Of a DNA stretch of 64,000 bases, positions 1 through 13,327 are shown one piece after another. The translations under genes and the position numbers were made by a program. Each line of letters begins with the position of its first letter. Within the stretch, counting starts at the first letter, position 1. The notes beneath the pieces are model-generated. The model had not been told where the DNA came from, did not search any database, and was given only the letters and a program-made list of their open reading frames with translations. The stretch covers positions 128,464,001 through 128,528,000 of the forward strand of contig OX597814.1 of assembly GCA_951406725.2 (NCBI GenBank), in the 5' to 3' direction. The stretch comes from Octopus vulgaris (taxonomy: Eukaryota).

Positions 1-939
1 AAACTCACAATCACAAAATTGGCTGAAAAATAAACTCAGAGCTGCATGAATAACTACCTATAATAAATCATAGATTTTATGCACTGACTGAGTCCACAGT
101 AGAAGTGACATGTCTCAGTGATAAAAAGCTAGACTGCCTGCTCGTGCAAGAGGTCAAATCCACTGTAAGAAGTTTTGTTTTTCTTTTTGTCTTTCTTTCT
201 ATAAAACATTTTTACACAGCTGGTAGAGATAGGTACCAGACCATCTGGGAATAGCTAACTGAAATAAATTGGTAGCTTATCCAGACGGAAATATATTTCT
301 CATCTACATAATATCATGAAACTGGAACAAAGCACTGGTCCTTAAAATCACCTACCCTATGGCTGAGAAGACATTTAAATTTTACAATTGAGTCTAGCTC
401 TCCTCCCTCTACTACAACAGAGAGAGTACCAGTTCTGTCAAAATTATTTCACACAAGATACTGGATGAAGCATTTTTACACTGTCATTTGATCCTACCCC
501 AGTGAACACAGTATAATAGAAGCATGCATTGAAATATCAGTAGAGCTGGTGGATGGATGGAGGGAGAAATCAGCAATAACAATGATGTGAAATTTGATAT
601 TCACACAGGGACAGGCATGGCAATGTGGTTATGAAGCTCACTTTGCAACTACATGATCTTGGGTTCAGCTGCCCTGTGTGCCAGTTTGAGCAAATGTCTT
701 CTGCTGTAGCTCTTAAATGCCTTGAGAGTAAATCTGGTAGATGGAAACTGTGAGGAAGCTCATCGTATATATCTAAATATGTGTGCAATGGGTTTTATAT
801 TTATATACATATATATATATATATATACATACACACACACACACCTTTGCTTTGGGATCACCAGTACTTTATTATATCCCCTTTCTTCCTAGCTTTCCTG
901 GCTAACTACCTTTGTCCAACCAGTCGCCATGACTGACCG

Positions 940-1112
940 CTAACTCCAAAAGTTTTTTTTATTCTCTCTCTGTTTATTTCCTCGTGTTTCTTTCTGTTGA
1001 AGAGCATAGGCTCGAAACATAAAAGACTTTTTCAATCCCCGAGCGTTATACTAATACATGTTTGTTTTCTACACCACCTGTTTCGTCTTTTGTTTTTTTC
1101 ATGAATTCTCCC
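940..1112. mobile_element. Penelope-like terminal-repeat fragment adjoining (TA)n
   Basis: GAAGAGCATAGGCTCGAAAC motif and insertion into a TA microsatellite, typical of PLE termini; assigned from motif memory only. Confidence 0.35.
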
Positions 1113-1154
<42 letters not shown>

Positions 1155-3237
1155 TGTACACATACACATAACAGGCTTCCACACAGTTTCTGTTTACAAA
1201 ATTCACTCCCAAAGCACACACATAGACATGTGTGCATATATGTCTTTGTATCTGTGCTTGTACTCCACAACCACATGAAAACCAGTGTTGGTTTGTTTAC
1301 ATACTTGTAACTTAGTGGTTCAGCAAGAAATGCTGACAGAATAAGTAGTAGACTGAACCTCCAGCATGGCTGCAGTCCAATGACTGGAACAAGTAGCTGT
1401 AAGAAATGTAGACACTCTGAATACAATGAATAGGTTAATAGTTAAGTCTAAAACTGTTTGCTAAAAGAGAATAGCAGCTTTGTTCAACACAAGTTACATA
1501 ATTGCTTTCTAAATAATGGTAAACTTAAACCTAAAATCTACAACTTAAGAGTAGGTGATGAAGTCAGTTCTGAGAATGCTTGGCCTAACAGACAAGGAGT
1601 TAACAGAATTGAAATTAATGATAAGTTTTACAATAATCTGTCTAACTTGTGTTAGTCACAAAATGTAGTCATGAAGATGATGATGCTGATGATGACAGTG
1701 ATGACCTAACAGAATTGCCGCAATTTTTCATAGGAACAGAATATATAAAAACTATAAATTCATTTTTCATAAAATGGGCCATTTAACAAACTGAATGAAT
1801 TTTCTAAGTTCCACTGAATGTAACCTTAGAAACTAATATTATATATCAGTTGAACTGAAATTCTGAATTTAAAATCTAACCTATTTATGAATTTCAGACA
1901 ATCGTTAAATTCTAGAACATGATCTTTTTTTATTAAAATGTAACACTGAAAATCATTTTGTATATCATTGGAGTCTATATGTGTGTATAAATTGCTTCAT
2001 AAATTCCTCAATTAAGAAAAAAAAATGAACTCACACTCACAGATACAAAAGATTTTTTTAAATAAAATTAATGAAGAGAAAATTTGATCTTCAACCTTCT
2101 GCAAAGCACAAGTCAGACCCACACTGAAGTAGTGTTCACATATATGGAACAGTAATGTTACTGCACACATAGATATCCTAGACTGCATTAAAAAATAATA
2201 AGGCCATTTAACAGATTGGTCTCAACAGACATGTTTCTTCTGTCATGACTACAACAGCCCCTGTACTAAGCAGACTAGCTGTATACTCTATCAATTAAAC
2301 CCTACTCAATGCACCGGCTTTACTGCCCCACATCTTAGACCCTACACAAAATATTCCACCTATAATTACTCACCAGAACTACAAAGCTATGAAATTCCTT
2401 CCCCATTCTTACTTTCTTCTCCATAGATTGACATACAAATGTTCAAGCTGTATATCATACGTTTTGCTCTTATAAGTCTGGGATGTCCTGTAAACATCGT
2501 AGTCCTGTTTCTCCTACCATCACTAACTTTAAACATAGGGTAGATAACACAAGGATCACTTCTTCTCGATAATGAAATACTCATATCCCATCCTTAGATT
2601 TTTATATATTTCCTACAATTGTTATAAATAGTAACTTGATGCCTGTGAAACTTCATGTTCCAGCTGAACACTATAAGTGTAAAGGGACCATAACAAGGAA
2701 GTGCTCAATAAAAGTTTGCATGTAAAATAAATATGATTTCCTATCTGGATATCAGGTGGTTACCAGTAGCATCAATCTGAACAATCCCAGAAGGAATACA
2801 TAGCTCCATTGTTCCTTCCCCCAACAAACATATATGATTTAATTACACTGATCTAATCCTTTACTTCAAACACTGAGAGCCAAAAAGAGAGGCTATGGGC
2901 ACAACCACTCTATTTCATTTCCAGTCAAACTAACAAAATAAATAAATACAATCTTCCAGAGAAAATAAATTCTAAAAGATACAAGATGTTCAATTCAAGG
3001 CCAATGGCATAGGAATCATTAAAATATTGTTTCCTTCAGAGTAAGGAAAGATTTAATGATTTACTATTCAGTGTTAGTTTACAAGCTTAGCTATGATTCC
3101 AATTTGTTTATTGAGTGTCAACCTAGTATAATCCACAGATGTGATGCAACATCAGCATCTGGCAGTAATGAAAATTAAAACTAAATTGTAAGTGGTTACA
3201 TCAGCAACCTATGTGCGTGCGTGGCAGATGAGCTAAT

Positions 3238-5904
3238 CATCATCATCATCATCATCATTTAGCGTCCGTTTTCCATGCTAGCATGGGTTGGACGGTTCTG
3301 CTGGGGTCTGTGAAGCCAGAAGGCTTCATCAGGCCCAGTCAAATCTGGCAGTGTTTCTACGGCTGGATGCCCTTCCTAACGCCAACCACTCCGTGAGTGT
3401 AGTGGGTGCTTTTTACGTGCCACCCGCACTGGTGCCAGACAGAGCTGGCAAACGGCCACGAACGGATGGTGCTTTTTATGTGCCACCGGCACGAGGGCCA
3501 GGCGAGGCTGGCAACGGACACGAAACGGGGCGGTGCTGGCAACGGTCGCGAAACGGAAAGTTCTCTTACATGCCACCGGCACTGGTAACACATCTGCAAT
3601 TTCCATTGATCGATTTCCATTGATCGATTTCGATTCTGATCCTCACTTGCCTCAATGGGTCTTCACAAGCAGAGTTTCGACATGCCACCGGCACTGGTAG
3701 CACATCCGCAATTTCCATTGATCGATTTCGATTCTGATCCTCACTTGCCTCAACACGTCTTCACAAGTAGAGTTTTGTGTCCCAAGAAGGGAAGGTATGC
3801 ATACGTAGGCTGGCTCCATCCCATGTAGAAGGCCACGGGTTGTGGACTCACTTGTCCTGCCGGGTCTTCTCGCGCACAGCACACTTCCAGAGGTCTCGGT
3901 CTCTAGTCATTTCCTCAGTGAGACCTAAAGTTCGAAGGTCGTGCTTCACCACCTCGTCCCAGGTTTTCCTGGGTCTGCCTCTTCCACAGGTTCCCTCAAC
4001 CGCTAGGGCGTGGCACTTTTTCACACAACTATCTTCATCCATTCTCGCCACATGACCATACCAGCGCAAACGTCTCTCTTGCACACCACAACTGATGCTT
4101 CTTAGGTCCAGCTTTTCTCTCAAGGTACTTACACTCTGCCGAGTGTGAGTACTGACATTACACATCCATCGGAGCATACTGGCTTCATTTCTAGCGAGCT
4201 TACGCATATCCTCAGCAGTCACGGCCCATGTTTCACTGCCATGTAGCATGGCTGTTCGTACACACGCATCATACAGTCTGCCTTTCACTCTGTGCGAGAG
4301 GCCTTTTGTCACCAGCAGAGGTAAGAGCTCTCTGAACTTTGCCCAAGCTATTCTTACTCTAGCAGTTACACTTTCAGCACACCCGCCCCCGCTGCTGACT
4401 TGGTCACCTAGGTAACGGAAACTATCAACTATTTCTAGTTTTTCTCCCTGGAAAGTGACAGAAGTTGGTCTCAGAGCATTTTCAGTGTTTATTGTTCCTG
4501 AGCATCTGCCACATACAAAAACCATCTTCCTAGTTAGCCTTCCTTTGACATTGCTGCATCTCTTATGTGTCCATAGCTTACACTTGGTGCATCTTATAGA
4601 GTTTCTACCTACACCTTTTCTACAGATCGAGCAGGGCCATCTACCTGAAGGTGTTTGTGATTTGTCAACCTTCCTACTGATTACGACTTTGGTTTTAGCT
4701 AGATTGACTCTAAGGCCCTTCGATTCTAATCCTTGTTTCCACACCTGAAACTTCTCCTCCAGTTCTGATAGCGACTCAGCAATTAGAGCAAGGTCATCAG
4801 CATAGAGGAGCTCCCAAGGGCATCCTGTCTTGAATTCCTCCGTTATTGCCTGGAGGACTATGATAAATAGGAGGGGGCTGAGTACTGAGCCTTGGTGGAC
4901 CCCTACCTCTACCCGGAATTCTTCACTGTACTCATTTCCAACCCTCACCCTACTAGCGGCGTCCCTATACATGGCCCGCACAGCTCTCACTAACCATTCA
5001 TCTATCCCTAGTTTTCTCATTGCCCACCAGATAAGGGATCGGGGGACCCTGTCGAAGGCTTTCTCCATGTCAACAAAAGCCAGGTACAGGGGCTTATCTT
5101 TGGCTAGGTATTTCTCCTGCAGCTGCCTTACCAGGAATATAGCATCAGTAGTACTTTTCCCTGGCACAAACCCAAACTGCATCTCATCTAAACTAACTCT
5201 CTCTCTAATTAGTTGGGCTATGACCCTCTCTGTAACCTTCATCACCTGGTCCAACAGCTTGATACCTCTGTAGTTATTTGTATCTAGGGCATCACCTTTA
5301 CCTTTGTAGCAGTTGACTATTATACTGCTACACCAGTCATTGGGTATGACCCCTTTGTGTATCACCTGATTAACTATATGGGTGACTAGGCTATAGCCAA
5401 CACTACCAGACATTTTGAGCATCTCTGCAGTGATTCCTGATGGGCCTGGGGCTTTCCCTGTCTTCATGCTTCTAATTGCCTTAGCTACCACAGAACTATC
5501 AACTCGGATAGCTGGTCCCTCTGTTGGGTCAACATTCGGCAGACTCTCTTTATCCCATTCATTTTCTTCATTCAGCAACCTTTCATAGTGGCATCTCCAA
5601 ACCTCTCTCTTTGCATCCTCATTTAGCGCAAGTGAACCATCTTCCATGCGAACACACTTCTCTCCTACCACATCACGATTCTCTCTCACACACTGTCTTG
5701 CAACACGAAACACCTCCAGTTTTTGGTCCTCACGGCGCAGAACATTGGCAAATTTTTTCTTATCTGCTTCCCCTCTGGCTAAATAAACCTGTCTCCTAGC
5801 TTCTCTTTTGGCAGTCTGATACAATTCCCTGCTACCCCCATTTTTCCAGACCTTCCAAGCCTGTCTCTTTTCTCTAATAGCCCTGTCTACAATGTTGTTC
5901 CACC
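3238..5904 (-). mobile_element. RTE-clade LINE, young 5'-truncated copy 1 (intact RT ORF 5824-3848, 3' UTR, (GAT)n tail)
   Basis: RT motifs GKAPGPSG, NYRGIKLL, QFGF, FVDMEKAFD, GVHQGSVLSP, LYADD, FRYLG; RTE-type C-terminus RRLRWYGHV...GRGRPRKTW; no endonuclease domain; (GAT)n tail at about 3238-3257. Confidence 0.95.
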
Positions 5905-7661
5905 CTCTAATAGCCCTGTCTACAATGTTGTCTCTAATAGCCCTCTAAGTTTAACAATATTTGTGTATAGTATAATACATTGGATATTTCAGACTACCAA
6001 GGCATTGTAGTGGCAGAAATGTTAGACTGAATGATTTTTTTAGTATATAGACTCATCCCAATGTATTTAGAGTTTAAATCTTACTGAGGCCAATAAAAAA
6101 TAAAGTAGCAGGCAAGTACTATTTAGGTTCATCAACTATGCCTCTTCTCTACAAATTTATGGCTTTATGACAAGATGATAAATCAGTCTAACATTACATT
6201 GCTACAGTCAATTTTGGATGTTCTTCATTTCCCAGACAGAGGCCAGCTGGCTAATTTGATCAGGTACTGTACTAGCTGACAGTAGCTTTTGAGTTCAAAT
6301 ATGTTCCTGGCAATTTGTTGCATTTATTTAAAGCAGAATACTTTTATTCTACATTGTCCTAGTGCACTTATCTGTCAGGAAATACTGCCAAATCATTAAG
6401 AAATGTTGCATGCATTTGTTTGTTGGTCTATCTAGGAAGAGATTGATGCCATAAAACCAGAGCTAAGTACTGACCCTTTAAAACCATTTGATCTCAAACC
6501 CTTAAGTTACGCCTCTGTAAAACTGACAAAGGCTATGTGACAACAATGCAACATTATACACTTGACATTTAAAACAAAGGAAATATTATTAAACAAAATG
6601 AATACACATATACACATTTGTATACAATTATCAAGTAATCAATACAGAGTGTCAGTAACACCTGACACCATCACATTAATTCTAGCAAAGGATATAATCA
6701 AATGTAAGCAAAATAGGAGTGAGGTTGTTAGCATGTAAAAGTTTGAACTTCTGTGCTGTTACCTCAAAAAGACTAATGGATAGAAGGAGGTTGAGGATAG
6801 ATCCCTGGTGAACACCTACCTAACTTATATTCAGCAAAAGAAACCAAATAATTGAAGAATCACTTTCAACAACTGAATTATAAGCAAAGTCAGTCCATGC
6901 TACACTCCACACTGTTTGTGGTTGTACTCTAAACCAGTGTAATAGCCAAGGGAACTTTGGGTAAATTCTCATAATTTTGTCTACACTGAAAGATACAACG
7001 AACCGTTAGTTTCCTGATAATTAATGATGATAAAACATGAAATGTCATATTGTAATATTAACATTTGGCCTTGTGATATTTTAGATCAACCTCAGGCCAA
7101 CAGGCTCATTAGACTGAAGCTTGTCTTAGTTTCTATGAGCAAGAAAGCATACAATATTCCTGCTAAATGGAACATTTAGTCAGATAAAGGATTAACCTTG
7201 AGATGTTACTGGTTCTCACTTCAACTGGGTGAAGACGAGCAACAAGAAATGAAGTGTTTTTGCTCAAGAACACTACACAATATCCAGTCTGCAAATTGAA
7301 ACTGCACTGTTATTATCTGAAGTTCAACACCCAAAACACCAGGCCACACACCTGTGGTATAACAGCAATTATGTTTTTACTATGGCCAAGGGTAATTTTA
7401 TAAGAGAAGGTATTTCTGTTGACTTTAGAATGTTTCTGGTGTTTATTGTATTAGTCTGGGAGCAGTGAAAGATAATGCAAACAGAAGCAGAGTTTCAACT
7501 CAGTGCCAAACTAGATGTGATTAACCTTTCAGTAGAACCATCACCAAAATCTGTTATAGTATTACTAGACTAGTTATAACAATTACATCTGGACCATGAG
7601 GACCATGGGATAGCAGAAATATTAGAATGTATGATTAAATACTTAGTATTATTTAATTGGT

Positions 7662-7905
7662 GGAGGAGTGTGGCTTAGTGGTTAGAGTGTCAGCATCATG
7701 ATCGTAAGATTGTGATTTCGATTCCTGGACCGGGCAACATGTTGTGTTCTTGAGTAAAACACTTCATTTCACTTTGCTCCAGTCCACACAGCTGGCAAAA
7801 ATGAGTAACACTGCAATGGATTGGCGTTCCATCCAGCTGAGGAACACATATGCCATTGAAACCGGGCCCATGAGCCTGGCTAGGCTTTAAAAGGGCACAT
7901 TTATT
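7662..7905 (+). mobile_element. tRNA-derived SINE (OR-like)
   Basis: A box TGGCTTAGTGG and B-box-like TTCGATTCC; 3' part shared with 15361-15620. Confidence 0.65.
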
Positions 7906-8216
7906 TATTCATTATTATTTAATTGTACTCTTTCTTATATTGTGAACCAGGGTTCCCTTTGCTTTCTAGCACCTTGGACTTAAAATAAGTACCAGTAATG
8001 TACTGAGATCAATTCAATATAAGTACAGCAACATATTGCAAATATATTTCTTCTTGGTGACAACATACACTTCTTGCATCAAAATTAAAGAAAAAAATGT
8101 TAGGACCAAGAATGTAAAATGAAAATTTTACCTAATGTTTATCACATATCACATCTAGATGTTAATGGTAATATTAACAATTAAATGTGATATAAAATCA
8201 TTGCTTATAAGTACCA

Positions 8217-8421
8217 ATTTCTTTACTACCCACAAGGGGCTAAACACAGAGGGGACAAACAAGGACAAACGGATTAAGTCGATTATATCGACCCCAGTGC
8301 GTAACTGGTACTTATTTAATCAACCCCGAAAGGATGAAAGGCAAAGTCGACCTCGGCGGAATTTGAACTCAGAACGTAGCGGCAGATGAAATACCGCTAA
8401 GCATTCTGCCAGCTCGCCGCC
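8217..8421 (-). mobile_element. SINE with Meta-domain-like core
   Basis: Minus strand reads GTTCAAATTCCGCCGAGGTCGACTTTGCCTTTCATCCTTTCGGGG; related copies at about 18465-18663 and 33450-33865. Confidence 0.7.
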
Positions 8422-10487
8422 TTGTTTATAAGTACCAACCAAATACTGGTGTTGGTGGGGAGGGGGAAGGAGAGGGATATAACTGCCTATATTTTTCTAC
8501 CCAAACTTTTTAGTTTAAGCAATCCTCTGGGGATGATAAGGTATTAGTCAAGTGCTGAGTTAAATTAATTGTTCCCTCCCTACAAATTACTGGCCTTGTG
8601 TTGTTACTACTACTACAACTACTACTACCATCATAAGCACTACCTCTACTACTACAACTACTACTTCAGGACAAACAATATAACCACTGGAGAGAATGTA
8701 AAGCCATCAGAAGTCACTTCTATAAAACATAATTATCAATTATTTTATTGATCCTCAGGCAGACTCTAAAACATTTTCAATATAAGCAATGTAGTTTGTT
8801 AGCAAACATCTGTTCCACTGTCAAATTGATCTGTCTTTACAATGTCAAGGTTTTACTCTGGGGGTAGCTATTTGTATACTGTGCCATTTCCATTGTATGC
8901 ATTCTCACAGCTGACATCATCATTATCATCGATGTTTTAATGTCTTATACTATAGCCCCAGGCCAACCAAAGCCTTGTGAGTGAATTTGGTAGATGGAAA
9001 CTGAAAGAAACTTGTGGTATATATAAATATGTGTACAGACATGTACGCATGGGTTGTTTTTGTCTCTTGTCTTGACATGGCATGATAGTTGTAAATGAGG
9101 ATCACTGTCAAACAAGCAGTGTTGTTAATTTCCAATATTCTATAGAAACATGTCTGGCCATGAGGAACAAACTGCCGGCATCAGTTGTTGGTTGTCAGGG
9201 CACTGCATCCTTCAAAACTTCCATGCTTCCTGAGATTTGCCAGCACTTCACCTGATTTTCTCTTCTCCATGCGTGCGCGGGCATGTATCTGACTCGTGCA
9301 CTGTTCACTTTCCAGACATTTGTGCATTGCTGCATGTGCTTTATATGCACTTTTGACAAGTTGTGGTGCACCTGAGCACTGTATACAATAATTTCATTAT
9401 TATTATTACCTTGCTTGGAAACAAGTGAGGGTTGGTGACAGGAAGGGTGTCTGTATTCTTTATTCTTTTAGGGTTTTCAGTCATAGGACAACAGCCATGC
9501 TGGAGCACAGCCTTAATTTATTTTCTTTCAGGTTTGTTGTCACTTTATGGCTGGAAGTTGATTTATGATTGAGTTTGTAGTAGCTGATTTTCCCTGGGTG
9601 TATCCTTGAATGGATGCTTGGTCTGGTATTGTCATTAGGAATTTATCCAATGTTTTGTGTTTCAGTAGAGGTTCCCTTTTACATTTCTGATTTCTTCAGA
9701 CTAATACAATAGTGTTTTTATTGTGATTTCGAAGGTGGAAAAATCTATCTCAAATATACCGTCTGTTAAATGATGATGATCATCATCATCCTGTTTCTTT
9801 ATTAGCCACAAGGGCCCAAACATAGAGGGGGACAATACAGCCTGATTGGGGTCAGACACACAATGATTATATGACTTTTAAAATTTTACAAAATATAATG
9901 AAATCGAATGAGATATAACAAGGACAAAATACAAACATGAAATGAAGCAGAGAGATGGGTTACGCTCCGACCCCACGAGCCCCATTCTCCTACTGGAACC
10001 TTTGTATGCAGACTTATGACATGTTCACGAGGAATCTTTCATTCCCAGCAACATGCAACAATCTTTCTTTGAACATTTTCTTTGACATCATCCTCTAACA
10101 ACTGTTTCCCATGCTGGCATGGATTGAAAATAAACAGAAATAATGGGTTATGTTACATTTATTTATTTCCTACAGCTGTTTCAGATATGCATTTGGGTGC
10201 ATTCCTGGTTCATATAATTAAGATTCGGTTGAATTAGGTACTTAAAGTGTGGCATTTTGTTAAGTCAATCTAATTTGCACACCCAAACAACATCAGGTGA
10301 ATATCAAACTCTGTGCAGAAGCGTTTGCACTTGATATTCTTGCAGTGTATGCAGATAACACGACCCAGCTTAATGAAGAGATCCACTCTTGGTTGTTTAG
10401 ACATGCACTTTATATAAAAATACAAAAACACTTTCTATAAAATTTCAAAAGTGCAGATTCCAGGGTAGGTGAATGAGATATAAGTAA

Positions 10488-10718
10488 CAAAGATGTACAG
10501 GTGTCAATTCATTATGACCGTTTCAAGCGACTCCTTTAGTTGATTAATGAAAACATCATTGCAAAGAAACCATTTTCATCAAATGACTGCACAGACTTCA
10601 AACACAAAGGACAAACCAACTGCTTTAACATATCCGTATCACCAATGGAGTTCAAATATTTACATTGATTCTGCAGCTATATCTTTGGCCATAACGAATT
10701 GACACCTGTACATCTTTG
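10488..10718. mobile_element. MITE with 32-bp terminal inverted repeats (Tc1/mariner-like)
   Basis: CAAAGATGTACAGGTGTCAATTCATTATGACC versus the reverse complement of 10687-10718: 2 mismatches. Confidence 0.7.
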
Positions 10719-10754
10719 ATACTCATTTGTACATATATATATATATATATATAT

Positions 10755-11191
10755 TGGCATCCGTGTTAGTGGAGCGCTAAGAGCACCACCCGAGTGTGAT
10801 CGTTGCCAGAGCAGCTAACTGGCTTCTGTGCCAGCGGCAAGTAAAAATCACCATTCGAGCGTGATCGCTACCAGCGTCGCCTTACTGGCACGTGAAAAAA
10901 CATTCAAGCGAGGTCGTTGCCAGTGCCGCTGGACTGGCTCCTGTGCAGGTGGCACATAATAGACACCATTTGAGTGCGGCCATTGCCAGTACTGCTTGAC
11001 TGGCCCTCATGCCGGTGGCACATAAAAGCACCCACTACACTCTCGGAGTGGTTGACGTTAGGAAGGGCATCCAGCTGTAGAAACTCTGCCAGATCAGATT
11101 GGAGCCTGGTGCAGCCATCTGGTTCGCCAGTCCTCAGTCAAATCGTCCAACCCATGCTAGCATGGAAAGAGGACATTAAACGATGATGATG
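10755..11191 (+). mobile_element. RTE 3'-UTR-derived element (truncated LINE or SINE tail) with internal module repeats
   Basis: Ends in GGAGTGGTTG.CGTTAGGAAGGGCATCCAGC...CCCATGCTAGCATGG...(GAT)n like the RTE copies; relatives at 27008-27415(+), 36780-37437(+), 43142-43720(-), 46659-47035(-), 47687-47960(-), 48020-48240(+). Confidence 0.8.
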
Positions 11192-11894
11192 ACTGTTGTG
11201 TCTGGGGAGAGTCATTCTCTTTTAGTGCCTTATAATTTAACACACTCACCGGTAAAATTTCCACTCATTTACTTTTTATTTTTCTAAAATTTTCTTTGTG
11301 TCTCATTACCTTTTCAATAGTTGTTGACTCTATAAATTAATATAAACAGCCATGCACAATGTATTATGAAAAAAGAAAACTATAAAATGTCACTAAATGC
11401 AATTAAGGGAATTAGGATCATCTACATTGCTAGAAATGAGAGCTAAAATGCTCTCATGCTGTAGTTAAAGTACATAATTGTATACATATATGCTGAGAGG
11501 GACTGTAATCACCTAAACACTGATCAAGAATTCATTATATGGACAAATCACCTTCGGCTGTTTCCATAGTGTCATCAGTAAGGACAGCTTGCTCAGATGA
11601 TCAGTTATATAACACACACATATAAAATCCATGGTAACATTACTGTAACAAGTTATCTGTAACAACATCTACTTGTATACACAATTTCTACTTTTTATAT
11701 ATTCTTGTTCTTTTTACTTGTTTCACTGCCTTAAATGGTTTTTAATTGAACAAATTGACCCTAGGACTTATTCTTCGTAAGCCTAGAACTTATTTTATCG
11801 GTCTCTTTATTCAAACCACTAAGTTACAGGGATATAAACACACCAACATTGGTTGTTAGCCAATGGTGAGGGGACAAACACAGACACAAAGACA

Positions 11895-13275
11895 TATCAT
11901 CATCATCATCATTCAACGTCCGTTGTCCATGCTGATATGGGTTGGATGGTTTGACCAGGGCTTGCAAGATGGAAGGCCGCATCAGACTCCAGTCTGTTTT
12001 GGCATGGTTTCTATGGCTGGATGTCCTTCCTAATGCCAACCATTCTGAAAGTGTAATGGGTGCTTTTATGTGCCACCGGAACGGGTGCCATTTGCATGAC
12101 ACCAGCATCTGTCATGACTGTGGTTTTACTTGGTCTGATGGCTATTCTCAAGCACAGCGTAACGCTGGTCATTGCCTCTGTGAGTCATTGGCAATATGCT
12201 ATGCTTGAGAAGACCCATCAAGCCAGGCTGATGTTGATGTCATGTAACTGGCACTCATGCTAGCCACAGTGAGTCATTGCCAAAGAGTGTCAGTCCTTGC
12301 CCAATGAGGCCCAACACTCGAAAAGTGCTTTTACATGCCACTGGCACAAATGCCATTTGTATGACACCAGTACCTTCCACAACTGTGATTTTACTTGGCT
12401 TAATGGGTCGTCTTCTCAAGCAAAACATAATGTCAAAGGTCTTGGTTATTACCTCAGTGAAGCCCAACATTTGAAAGGAGTTTAACCACTTTACCTCCGT
12501 GAGGCTCAATGCTTTTTATGTGCCACCTGCATGGGTGCTGGTTACATGACACCAACATCAGCTATGACTGCGATTTCACTTGAGTTGATGGGTCTTCTGA
12601 AGCACAGCATATTGCCAAGTTCTCAGTCACTAGTCATTGCGTCTGTGAGGCTCAAAGTTCGGAGATCATGCTTCACCACCTCATCCCATGTTTTCCTGGA
12701 TCAGCCTCTACCACAGGTTCCCTCCACAGCTAGGGATTAGCACTTCTTTACACAACTATCCTAGTCCATATGCATCACATGACCATACCAGCACATTCGT
12801 CTCTCTTGCACACATCTGATACCTCTTATGCCTAACTTTTCTCTCAAGATACTTACACTGTTGAACATGCACACTGACATTGCACATCAAGCGAAGCATA
12901 TTGGCTGCATTTCTTTCAAGCCCAAACATGTCCTTGGCTGTCATAGCCCATATTTCACTGCCATATAGTATAGCTGTTCGCACACAGGCATCTTATGTTT
13001 AACTTTTCTCTCAGTGCACTTACACTGTCATGTATGCACACTGACATTACACATCCAGTGCATCATACTAGCTTCATTTCTTTCAAGCCTATGCATGCCC
13101 TCAGCAGTCATGACCCATGTTTCACTGGCGTGTAGCATGGCAGTTTGCACACATGCATCATACAGTCTACCTTTCACCCGGAGCAAGAGGCCCTTAGTTG
13201 CCAGCAGAGGTAGGAGCTCTCTGAACTTTACCCAAGCTATTTTTATTCTAGCTGCTACGCTCTCAGAGGCTAGAA
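11895..13275 (-). mobile_element. Older degenerate RTE 3' portion with repeat-bearing 3' UTR
   Basis: ESVAARIKIAWVKFRELLPLLATKG and RTAILYGSEIWAMT fragments (locally duplicated), frameshifts, GAT tail at about 11897-11911. Confidence 0.85.
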
Positions 13276-13277
13276 TA

Positions 13278-13327
<50 letters not shown>

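Noticed and set aside
3305-3365. Hammerhead-like CTGATGA in the RTE terminal 3' UTR
   Set aside because: It is followed by a TGAAGCC/GGCTTCA hairpin without GAAA, and the upstream GAAAC lacks a matching GUH for a permuted form.
4455-5799. Antisense ORFs over the RT (also 58571-60164)
   Set aside because: Shadow frames of the RT coding sequence.
6815-6985. Possible TMEM64 exon 2 (acceptor- and donor-like flanks)
   Set aside because: The phase-0 frame hits a stop, and the open frame does not resemble TMEM64.
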